Assembly (NCBI GenBank): GCA_013239625.1
Contig: MU053559.1
Span: 186,001-250,000, forward strand
Direction: 5' to 3'
DNA from: Lama guanicoe
Lineage: Eukaryota
Length of the DNA stretch: 64,000 nucleotides
The notes beneath the pieces are model-generated. The model saw nothing but the letters and a program-made list of their open reading frames with translations, had not been told where the DNA came from and did no database searches. How positions within the stretch are numbered: position 1 is the stretch's first letter; each line of letters starts with the position of its first letter. Positions 34,411 to 46,400 of this stretch are shown piece by piece. Made by a program: the position numbers and the translations under genes.

Positions 34411-37400
34411 AAACCTCACTCAGACCTGGAGGGGATGAGACCTTTGGCCCTGTGCGGGGGACGATGATAATGTTGGGTTCTGAGGGAAGGAGATCATAAG
34501 AGGGCGAAACCATTTTATTTGGAGAGGAAGGAAGCGGGTGTTGGGCCGTTTGCGTCACCGTGGGGGGAGCCCTGGAGAGGGCAATACCATTACCGGTGCA
34601 GGGGGACGTTTTTGTGGGAGATACCACTGTGTTAGAGGATTGGGGAAAGACCCCACATGTTGTCATTGTTTCCTGGGAGGTGGAGCTCCTGTGCGAGGGG
34701 TGGTAGCGGATGCCAGAAGAGGGCGGTACCGTTTGATGATGAGCGGTGATCCCATTAGGCCTGGGGTGAAGAAGGCCCTGAATGGGTAATACCATTAATC
34801 CTTGTTGGAGAGAGGACCAGAGGAGGGGAAAGAGTGATGCCTTGGACCGCGTGGAGGGGAGATCACCGGGCGGTGGGGAGGTACCCGGACTGAGTACTCT
34901 GACCACTTGATTTTGGGGGGAGGGACTCTGAGGTGGGATGAAAGGCCAGAGTGGGCCCTCGTCGAGAGAGCTCCTTACTGGCGAAAGACCACTGGGTTTT
35001 GTGTGTGGGGAGACTCTGAAGGGGGAACCCTGCATAGGGTCCTGTGGGAGGACAGGAGGAATTCCAAGCGAGGACAGGTAATCCGTTGGTCCTTGAATGA
35101 AGGAAACCAGTTGTTGCTGTGTGAGGGACCCTGAGGGTAGAAGGGTTAGATAATTGACCCATAAAAGGGGAAGGCCCCTGTAACTTGTGCAAGGTATTCC
35201 AAGTGAGTAAGAGTAATTCAGTTGGCCCACCCAAGGCCTTTGGCGGGGGGTGGACTCTGAAGGATATATGGCCATCCCATTGGATCATGACTGGGGAGAT
35301 CTTGAGGGATGTAGGGGACCCTTGCATGAGGAAGATTGATTCCATTGGCCACGAGTGAAGGGAAAAACCATTGGTCTCTGATGAATAGGGACTCTAAATG
35401 TGTTCTAAGGGTATTCCAATTGGGTCAGGACTAGGGGAGACAGATCACTGGGTCCGGGAGAGGAGAGGGGCAGGAAAGAGTCTATAGAGGCCAAGCCCTC
35501 TCACCTTTAGCAGTCCATCCAGGGATGAAGGCTGGGGCCATGGAAGAGAGGGAAAGGTCCTGGTGGGGTAAAGGACCATGGTTCTGGGAAGAACTGGCCT
35601 CAGTGTCCTACAGGGCTGGTAGGTAGGGGTATATTGTTTGGAATAGCCTGTATTTCACTTTCCCTCAGTTCTTGAAAGGGGTCTGGACATACTTTGAGAG
35701 CCCTGGATAGCCCCCTTGTACTCAGTGAAATTGATTAGGAGAATACCAGGCCCTCTTCCCTTGGGAAAAAGGGAGAAAGACAAGCCCCTGCCCCTTACTC
35801 CAACCAAGAGGATAGACAGCATTTCTGACAGAATACAGACTCCAACCAAGAGGATAGACAGCATTTCTGACAGAATACAGTCAAAACGGTGTTTCGTCTG
35901 TGATGAGGCCAGCCAGGATGAGGAGGTGGAATTTTATCCTGTGGGTCTGGAGAATCATGGAACACACAAGAGCAAGAGCTGATGGGGTTCGTGTTCTGTC
36001 GTGGCCTAAGGGCATAGTGCATTGCAAGGAGAGTGACAGAGACAGCAGGGAGACAGTGAGGTGAGGCTGGCTGTGGTTAGAAGTAGAACTGAAGAAGATG
36101 GGACAGGCTGAGTGGCTGGCAGCTCATTTGGGATGCAGCAGGTACAGGTCTTAGGAGTGAGTAAAGAGGCATATGGAGGGCAGCATGGTCTGTGGGGCTC
36201 AGACGGTGGGCTTCCTCATGGTGAGGGTCAGGGGCACATTCCTACCAAGTCATTTCCCTCTCTGCTTCTCCCTAAGGCTCAGCTCCTAGAACTCCGGACA
36301 GACAACTACCAGCTTTCAGATGAACTACGCAAGAATGGTGTTGGTAAGCCAAGAGGGTCTCATTGGATGGAGGTGGCTTTAGAGGATGGAGGCCAAGGGG
36401 GAAAACAACCTGAGGCCTGGCAGGAAGACCTTTCAGCTCCTTGCCACTGACTGAGGCTGACTCCCTGCTTTCCCCACACCAGAACTCACCAGCCTTCGAC
36501 AGAAGGTCGCCTACCTGGATAAGGAGTTCAGCAAAGCTCAGAAGGTACCTCCCTTCACCCACTTACCCACCTGTTTCCCTGTAGCCATGTGATTCATTCA
36601 TCTGTCCAGTGAACACCTACGATGAACCAGACCTAATGTTACAGACCGTCATTAGTCATTCAAAAATTTCTCATGGAAGTCTCCTTTGTTTGCTCATTTG
36701 ATCTAATTCTGCTTAATTTATTGATTAATTTTAATTTACTTTTAATTCATTTTTAGTTGCAGTTACTCATTCTCATTCACTAATTTCTAACTAAACAATC
36801 AAATCCTATGGGTAAATGTGCCTTGAATCTGCCTCCTCTCCTCCACTCACACTCCTGCCTTGTGTTCCTACTCCCCATCCCTGTCCCGGTCCTGTTGGTA
36901 AAGTGACACTAAACCTACCTCTCAAACCCTTTGGAGATGAGAAGGCGTATAACCTGTTATGGCCCCTCCAGGCATTCAAGGCCTTCCTTTGTCTCTTTCT
37001 TCATCACTCTGTCCCCATTCATTGCACAAGGTTATACATAGTATGTTCTCCATAAATATTTGTTAAATGAAGGAATACAGAATGCAGAAGGTCTGACAGT
37101 CAGAAAGCTGGGCTTCTCTTTGTAGGATGCTGATTCCCCAACCTGGCAATGCCCTCAGCTTTCCCATCAGGGGAACAGCAGTTTCCACAGTGCATGGGAG
37201 GGACCCACATAGATGTGTTTGGACAGATGTAGCAATGAAGCCACAGTTTCTTAGCCCGGAGACCCAGTGCATGAAGGGCTAAGTACTAAGACCCATAAAC
37301 AGCCTCAAGAGCTTGGAGGAAAGGATGTAAGCAGGGTGCTTCTCACTCACCCACTCACTCACTCACTCCATCATTCCTGTGGGCTACAAATTGTGTAAAT

Positions 37401-40400
37401 TCTGTGATTAAAGGCACCCCTATTCCCCAATCTCTGTTCTCATTGTACCCCCTTGACACTTGCCTCAGCATCTCCATAACCTAGTGAGGGAGTCCATCTC
37501 TGTTCACCTTATCTCTCTTCCCACCCCTCTCACCTTTAGGCACTGAGCAAGAGCAAGAAAGCTCAGGTAAGGGGACCCATGGTGGGTGAATGTATCTAGG
37601 AGACTGTGTCTTACAGGGGATATTTCTGTATGCTGGGATCTCCTTGTACTGGCCTTTCTTTCTCTGTGTGTTCGCTTGCATCTGTGACTACCTCATTGCC
37701 ATCTGTTGTCTCTGTTTTCCTGTTTTGTCTCTCACTCTGTGCCTCTCTCTCTGTGTCTTTCCTTCTTTTCTTTCTCTTTATTCTCCTCTGTGAGTCTCTC
37801 TCTGTCTCTGTCTTCCTGTTCCTCTTGGACTCTTGTTTCTCTCCCCAACCTTCTCTTTGTCTCTTTCCTACCTATTCTTCTCTCTCTTTTTTCTTTCACT
37901 TTCTTTATCTCTCTCCCTGACTCCTTGTTTCTCTCTCCCCCATTCCTTTGTCTCTTTCTGACTCATTTCTTTTCCTGACACCCTCTTTCTCTTCTCTCTG
38001 TTCTATTCTCCTTCTGTTGATCTGTCTGTTCCTATCTCTGTGTGTTCCTACCTCTTCTTTTTCACTTTTTTCCCTCCCGATCCCTCTCTCCTTCCCTTTC
38101 TACCCCCTCTTTCCCCATCTCTCTCTACTTCCTTTCTCCCCTTTTTCTATATACCCCTTTCTTTCCTCCCAATCTCTCCACCCCCGTCCCTCTCTCCGTT
38201 CCCATCTTCCCTTCTTTCTACCCCTATGTCTCTGTCTCCATCCCTGTCTCCTCTTTTATCCCTCCCTGTATCTCTATTTCCCCCTGTATCTCCTGATTTC
38301 GCACATCTCATTCTCTGTACCCTGTGTTCTCCCCGCAATGTCATTTTCTCCCTCTCTCTGTTCCTTTGCCCTACCTCCCCATCCTTTCTGCCCTTGTTGG
38401 AGACCTGGCCCACATCTGCCACTGCAGGAAGTCGAGGGGCTGCTGAGTGAAAATGAGATGCTGCAGGCAAAGCTGCACAGCCAGGAGGAAGACTTCCGTT
38501 TGCAGAACAGCACGCTTATGGCCGAGTTCAGCAAGGTGCTGGTGCCCTGGATAGCTGAGGGGGGTCCAACGGGTAGGGGCCACCTGGGCTGAAGCTGAAG
38601 GGCAGCTGAGGGTGGTTGGACAGAGGCTGGCCTGGACCACTGTCCATGGTGCTGAAACAGGGCCTGGCTCTCTGTTGGGGGTCAGCAATATGACAGATGG
38701 GGCCACCCATTGTGCTGGGATTAGAAGGCTGCAAGCCATGAAGTCAGCTGGTTCTTGACCAAGTCACTTTTCTTTGAGCTTCAAGTCTCCTTATGTATAT
38801 CTTGGGGCTGATCCTATGGAGCCCCAGGATGTTGGGAGTCTTAGGTAAGATTCTTATGCTTAATATGGGATGGAAAGATGTTCAAGCTGCTTCTGTTTTC
38901 CTTCCCTTCATCTGACATGAGCCTGGGATTCTAGTTTTAAGAAATTTATCCTGGATTGGATAATTCTGTCTTCTCACTGATTTTAGTGTCCTGGCTGTTT
39001 CTAAATCTGCTGGGCAGTTGGAGACATTATTTTTTGTTCCCTTACCTATCTTCTGTATCTATGGTCAATAATTTTCCAAGTTTGTAGTGTGTTTAAGGGA
39101 AAACAAAAATCTCACAGCAACAAAACAATTATTTCTAAGCCTCTACCTAAGAATGTAGGGCTTAAGACCTTAAAAAATACAGCAAACCAAAATTACAACC
39201 TTTATGCAGGTACAATACCAGCAGAAATAATTTAGTAAGTAGTAAGTAAGAGCCAGAAGGGCCTAGATTAAACTCTTGGCTCTACCTTTTACTAATTGTG
39301 ACCTTGAGCAAGTCACTTAACCTTCCTGTTTCTTAGTTTCCAAATGTTTAAAATGGAAATGATGATAATGACAGTACCTGCTTGTCAGGACTTTTGTGAG
39401 GATTGAATGGGTTGATGTCTATAAACCACTTAGAACACAGCATTGCACATGGTATCAACTATATAGGTGTCAGCTACTGATAGTATCCTTTTATGAATTC
39501 ACTTTATCTTTAAAAGATTTCTGGACTATTTAAAAGTTTTATATCCATCCCATGGCCTTGCCCTGCCTCAGCCCTTACCAAACCTCTCACCTACTTGATT
39601 CCCACACTGGTCTCCTCACTTCTAACTTCTTTTATCAGTCCAAGCCATAAAGGTTGTCCTGACCTGCAGGCCTTCCCACATCACTCCTTTAGACAGCACA
39701 TCCCAGTGGGTCCTCGCCCCTGAAAGTTCAGAACCCCTAGTGTTCACATAACAGCTGACCCCATTGCCTCACTTCTCACTGCTTCCTGCCTCTGGCCTCG
39801 ATGGTATCATGGTTCCTGCCAAGTGAGGCGGGGCCAGGTATTTCATTATAAATCCAGCTTGTGTTTCTCAGCAGCTGCCCTGGGCTAGGCAGTGGGCTAG
39901 GTATAGAACCTCCTTCACACTCCTGCTCCTCATCCTGGAAGCTGGAAGTGCTCACAGAGAGACCTGAGTTCAAGGCCTGCCCCCACCACTTATTTATCAA
40001 GATATTTCAGCTCAGTTGTTCCTTCAGCAAATAATTATTGAGCTCCCATTATGTGCTCTGTGTTCTGGAAATAGTTGTGAGCACTATGAAATAGTACCCC
40101 CTCTTGGGTTGCTTATATTGTGGGAGTGGGACAGGGAAAAAGGTGATAACTTAGTAAACAAATGCTAGTAGCACTGATAGCTGACAGTTACGTAGTGTGT
40201 ACTGTGTGCCAGGTCCTGTTTGATGTGCTTTACATTATTCAGTCATTTAATTTTCACACAAGCCGATGAGATATCATTACTATCCCTATTCAACAGATGA
40301 GGAAAATGGAGCCTCAGAGAGATGAAGTAATTTGTGCCAAGGTCACATGGCTAGTAAATGGCAGAGTTGAAATTCACATCCAAGCGGTCTGGCTTCAGAA

Positions 40401-43400
40401 TGTGCTTGTGACCCTATGTTACAAAATAAAATTTAATTGTGAATCACAATTTATGATTTAAAAATTTTCAGAGATTGGAGAAATTTAAAACATATTATGT
40501 AAATTTAATTGTGATTCATGTGAGGTAAAAAAGAAATGAACTAAATGCTGTGCTAGAGAGTATTGAAATTTCTGTGCTGGGGGATGCTATTTGAAAGGTG
40601 ACATTTGAGCAGAGCACTGAAGGATGCAAAGAAGCCAGTCATGTGAAGAACTAGATGAAAAGAATAGTATTCTGGATAGGAAATATCCGAGGTAATAAAA
40701 TAAAAATTCTCTGTGAGCCTCAGTATTTTCATCTGAAATTGGGGGCAAAGGATCTTGTAGGTCTGCTGGGAGAACTGTGTTTTAGCCAGGAGTTGAACAA
40801 GGGGCTGGCTTAGTTTTATTTGCATTGTACACCTCTCCAAGGGCTGACGATAGGGAGCTGTGGGCAGTGCTGACCCTGGAAATGCTCTGAAAGCTGTCTG
40901 TGGTGCCTCGGCTCCCAGACACAGACCCCTTCACAGAAGAGGGCTGGCGGTGGGGCTATCCGTGATGCTGACATCTTGGACCAGCGACTTCCAGAGGAGC
41001 CCGAGGTCTTGGATTGCGAATGTGAGGTTGGGAGTGGGCAAGCGGAAAATTGTTCTCCGTATTCTCAATCTTCCGTGACTGTCACTTAACAGATGTGTGA
41101 ATTTGAGGTTGCTTAACATCTGTGCCTCAGTGTCCTTATCTGTGAAGTGGGGTTAATGAATAACGAGAGCCTCTATCACAGGGGCATTATGGGAATTAAA
41201 TGAATTGTAAAGTGCATGGACCAAGTGCTCTGTATATTTCAGCAAATGTTCTGATTCTCTGCTTTTCTGCTACCTTGTTTATCCCTTTCTCAGCTCTGTA
41301 GCCAGATGGAACAGCTGGAGCGGGAGAACCAGCAACTGAAGGATGGGGCTGCCGGTGCAGGGGCTGCCCAAGCCGGGAGCCTTGTGGATGGGGAGCTGCT
41401 GAGACTGCAGGCAGAGAACACAGCCTTGCAGAAGAATGTGGCAGGTGCATGGAGGCCCTATCGGGAATATGGGGATCTAGGGGCTTGAGTAGGATGTTGT
41501 TCTTCCGGGGGAAGGGGAAAGGCTTCGGAATCAGGCTTGGCCCTGCCATGAACCAGTGTATGACTTTGGACAAGCCATTTCACCTCTCTGAGCCAAAGCT
41601 TCATCGTCTACAAAGTGTGTAGTGACGTCAACCACCTGGAAGATCATAGCAGAGTTAAGAGGTTAGGTATCTTTCTGAGTTTAGTTGGGTGCCTGGTACC
41701 TAGCAAATGTTACAGATGAGCTGATCGAACTCCTCAGAGAGGAAATGTTTGCTAAATGGTGAAAGTGAATGAAAGAGTGTTAGGAAGATTCTGAGCCCAG
41801 GTTGTCAGTGGGGTCTGAGATGAAAGCTGAAAGAAAGCTTGGTAGGGTGTGGACATGTCTTGATGTGTGGACCTTTGGAGAGCAGCTCAGGCTTGTGGGG
41901 TGGTGGGTAGTAGTTTAGTGATTAGGAGGGAGATTTTGTAGAATGTGCCTGGGGATTAGAGGTTGTAGGAGGATTCAGCAGTAAGTGGAGGATGGTGGGT
42001 GGCACCTTGGTGAGCTGTGGGCAGGGTTTCAGGATAGAGGGCGGGCTTGGCAACTCGCTTGGACTGATGTGATGATAGACAGGATTTCCATGGTTGGTGA
42101 GGCTTAAAAAGTTTGTGAGAGGTGGGGTCTGAACCTTTATTTTGTAGGCTTGTGGCCACCTGGGGCAGGGTTTCTGCTACCTAAGGTGTCGAAGGCCAGT
42201 TCTCCCTCTATTTGAGGCCTGTCAGGGGTCTTCAGAGACTACCTCATCCATCATATGTCTCTGTTCTACCCACCAGCCCTGCAGGAGCGCTATGAGAAAG
42301 AGGCTGGGAGGCCCCCAGCTGCCATTGAGGGTCAAGGGGAACCCCCGAGGAGCCCAGCTCCCCCTGTCCTGGCCCCCATGCCATTGGCAGAAGTGGAGCT
42401 GAAATGGGAAATGGAGAAGGAGGAAAAGAGATTGCTCTGGGAGCAACTGCAAGGCTTGGAGGTGAATCTGGGTCTGTTGGGGCTGGGGTGCCAGGAGGCA
42501 GACAGATGTCCTAGCTCTGCCTGTGGTCCCACGGAGATCTCTATGACATCACCATCTCGAGGGCTGATGGATTAGGGAGGCAGGAGGGCAGGGGGAGGCA
42601 CAGGCCTTACCTTCCCCCTTGCTGATAACAGCTCCCTCCCTCATCCTTCCCAGCAGACCCTGAAGCAGGCTGAAACATCCAGGCTGCAGGAAGAACTTGC
42701 TAAGGTGGGGCTGCTGAGCTTTCCCTGGACTTTGCCCTACCCACTCCCCACCTGCCATGCTTCCCCTGGCAGGGCAGAAGGGGCAGATTACCCCCCAAAG
42801 CCTCAGTTTCCTCATCTGTGAGATGTGGAGAGACTCACATGTATGTCTAAGGTTTGCTTTCAATATGAAATGGGCTACTGTGATCCTTCTATGTCTTGTG
42901 CATGGCAGGCCCCATCCGTTCCTTCTGTGTCTTCCCAGTTCTGCTTGTTCATTTATCCATCCATCCATCCAAGCACTTATAGACTGCCAGCTCTTATCTT
43001 AGGAACTGGAGACCCAGTGGTGAGGCAGTCAGTCATAATCCTGCTTTCCAGGCCTCCCAGCCTAGCCATTCTACGATGTGGCCATTGGTCAATAAATTGG
43101 GGGCATAAACACTGGGCTTTGGAGCCTGAGGACACTGGATTGAGATCACGATGTTGCTGCCAACTCAACTGGCTGCGCAACCAAATTACATAACCCTTCT
43201 AAGATTCAGTTTCCCCATTTGTAAAACCAGTAGTGCTTGCTTCTCAGGACTGTTTTGAGGATTCCACAAGATAACATAAGTAAACTCCAGCTCCCAAAAA
43301 GGACTTAGTAGGAAGTATCTATAAAAACAGTTTATTTTTGTCTGTATTAATACTGTTCTCATTGTTATCACTTGTTTGTACCTCTTTCCCCTACCCCAGC

Positions 43401-46400
43401 TCTCCGAGAAACTGAAAAAGAAACAAGAAAGGTAAATTTCTTTTCTTCCAGGGGCGGGGGGAGGGTCTTTGGGGGACCAGGGAGGGGATTGACCTGTGGA
43501 ACTGACCCAAATATGTCTGTCTGTCTGTGCCCAGTTTTTGCCGTCTGCAGACAGAAAAGGAGACACTATTCAATGACAGCCGGTAACTACCAGGATTGGG
43601 GATATTGGTGGACAATGGGGCATTGCCCAGCAGGATTAACCGAAGACCACAGGGGCAGAGCTGGGAGAATGGGCCTCAGGCTGTGGTCAATGTGCCCCTC
43701 CCCTCCCCCTGCCAATCACCCCCAGGAACAAGATTGAGGAGTTACAACAACGGAAGGAAGCTGATCTCAAAGCCCAGTTGGCTCGAACTCAGAAGCTGCA
43801 GCAGGAACTCGAGGCTGCTAATCAGGTGAGGGACTGAGTTCTGAGATCACTGGAATAGGGGCAGGGCTGGGAGTCTGGGGAGCTCTGAGGTCTATAGAGG
43901 CTAGTTGGAGAGTCTGATATTTCTCGTGTTGGAAATACAGGGACTGGAGGGCTCCTGGGTCCCCCAGAAGCTAGGAAAATGGGAACTAGGGAGCCCAGAG
44001 AACCCTACGAGTTGGGCTAGGAATGTCTGTATGAATGAAAGATCTCAGGGGGAGCTGAGGACTTGGGGGCTATGTGTCACAAGTTTGGATGAATCTGAAA
44101 CTCCGGGGGACTAGAGACAGGAGTCTAGAGAAATCTGTGATCACTGCACTGGGATCAGGATTTGGAGTGAGTCTGAACTCCGTGGAGGTTGGGTGGCTTT
44201 GAGACCTATGGCAGCTGGGTAGATATAAGATTTTCACGAGTGAGACAGTTGGACCTGGAAGCTGAGTACGTTTGAGACCCTCAGGGCTTAGGGGCTAGTT
44301 TGGGTCTTTAGAGGCCTGGGAAGTTAGACAACGTGGGCTGGTTGCTCCTGAGATCATTGGGGGCTATCAATAAAAAAGTGGTGAGTCTGAGACATCCAGA
44401 GATGGAGCAAAAGTCTAGATGGGTCTGAGGCTACTAAGGGTTGAGGGCTGGGTGACTAAAGCCTCCAGGCTTCCGCCTAGAGTGTGTGAGTCTGAGGCCC
44501 CTTGGCTTGGGGGATATGGTGGCTTGTGGGTCTAAGGCCCTAAGGAGCTGGGGACAGAAGTCTTGAGTAAAGCTAGATCTAAGTTATGTGAGTTTGAAGA
44601 TTCCCAGACACTGGGGACAGGAGTGGCAGGTGAGACATTTGTCTGAGCCCTCATTAGGAGCTGGAAACTATGCAATTGTATGAGTCTGAAACCTGTGGGG
44701 TCTGGGGCTGTGAGTTTGGATAGGGTCTGAGACTCTTGGGAACTAGGGACATGGGGATTGTGTGTTATCTTAAAACCCCTGGGGGTTGGGGTCAGGGGCT
44801 GGGTGAAGCTGTAGTCCCAGGGGTTTGAGTGTGTCTGAGAATCCTGGGGCCTCTGAGCTGGAATCTGAGTGAGTGTGAGATCTTATGAATGGGGGCTGAG
44901 TGAGACCCAAGAGTCTAGGTGTTTTCTGAGATGCTTAGAGCTGGGCTACAGGGGTGTTTGAGGCCCCTGGGGATAAGGACCTGGAGTCTGAGGTTTCTGA
45001 TGGCTAGGTAGCCCAAGACCCTCAAGTGCTGGCCACATGCTGCCAGGTAGTCAAAGAGGGAGTCTGTGTGGTTATATGTACCCCGGGGGAAGACTGAGGT
45101 CTGGAATGGGTTCCCCGGACCTGGTCCCCACAGAGCTTGGCAGAGCTGAGAGATCAGCGGCAGGGGGAGCGCCTGGAACATGCGGCAGCTCTGCGAGCCC
45201 TACAAGATCAGGTACGTTGTGCTGAGCAGGCTCAGGGAGGTGGGGTCGGGGTGAGGGTGTGGGCAGCCTCAGTGGGTATTGTACAGCAGGCAAGGCCCCA
45301 GAGGTCCTGCTTCCTCCGGTTGTGGTTCTTGTGTGTGTGTGTGTGTGTGTGTGTGTCCTTTTCTTTCTTGGCTGTGGGTAGGTCCTGTCCTCCTGTTGTG
45401 GCCCCACTCTCACTTGCTGTGGGGATGGGGTCAGGTGTCCATCCAGAGTGCGGATGCGCAGGAACAAGTGGAAGGACTTTTGGCTGAGAACAATGCCTTG
45501 AGGACTAGCCTGGCTGCCCTGGAGCAGGTACAGGACACATGGGAGCCCACACTGACCTCTCTGCACTTCCCCGTCTCCCTGTGCTTCTGATCCACATTGG
45601 GGCAGGGTCATCTGGGCCTCATGTTGTTCTCCTGCCTCTGTTTCTGTTTCATTGTCAGCTTTTCCTTCCTACTGACTTCCACCCCTCTTCTCTCTGGTCA
45701 TCCATCCTTGCTTTTCTAGCATTCTAGTTTCTCTCCAGTAAAGTACAAGAAGGGTACTAATCTTAAGTGTACACTCAGTGAATCATCTGTCTGTCTGTCT
45801 ATCTCCATATGGCCACCACCCAGATGAAGATATAGAGCATTTTAGGTACCCCAGACAGTCCCTTTTATCCCTTCTCAATCATTACTTCCCCAGAAGTAAC
45901 CACTCTTCTGAACTTTAGCAACAGGGATTAGTTTTGCTTGTTCTTTAACTTCATATAAGTGGAATCAGACACCCAGTCTTATGTCTGGCTTCTTTCCTGC
46001 AGCATTCTGTCTGTGAGGTGTATCCATATGTATCACTGATCTGTTCTGCTATTTCTGTGTAGCATTTCATTGTATGAATATACCACATTTATCCAATCCC
46101 CTGTTGATATCTTCCTCTCACTGCTTTTCTCTTGAAATACTTTTCTCTCTCCTCCTGGCTCTCTTTCCACCTCACTTCCTGTCTCCCTAGACTGGGAGGC
46201 TCATCCCCTGTGACTGGCTCCTGAAGCACCGTTCACTCTCTCCACTTCCCATCACCACTTCTCTCTCCAGATCCAAACAACAAAGACCCAAGAGCTGAAT
46301 ATGCTCCGAGAACAGACGGCTGGGCTGACAGCCGAGTTGCAGCAGCGGCAGACTGAGTATGAGGACCTCATGGGACAGAAAGATGACCTCAACTCCCAGC

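Noticed and set aside
35797..35880. CRISPR-like direct repeat
   Set aside because: It is two adjacent copies with no spacer, in mammalian intronic DNA
37948..38592. 214-aa Leu/Ser/Phe/Pro ORF (also 49128-49826 and 50579-51262)
   Set aside because: CT-rich introns lack stop codons; only the embedded GRIPAP1 exons are coding
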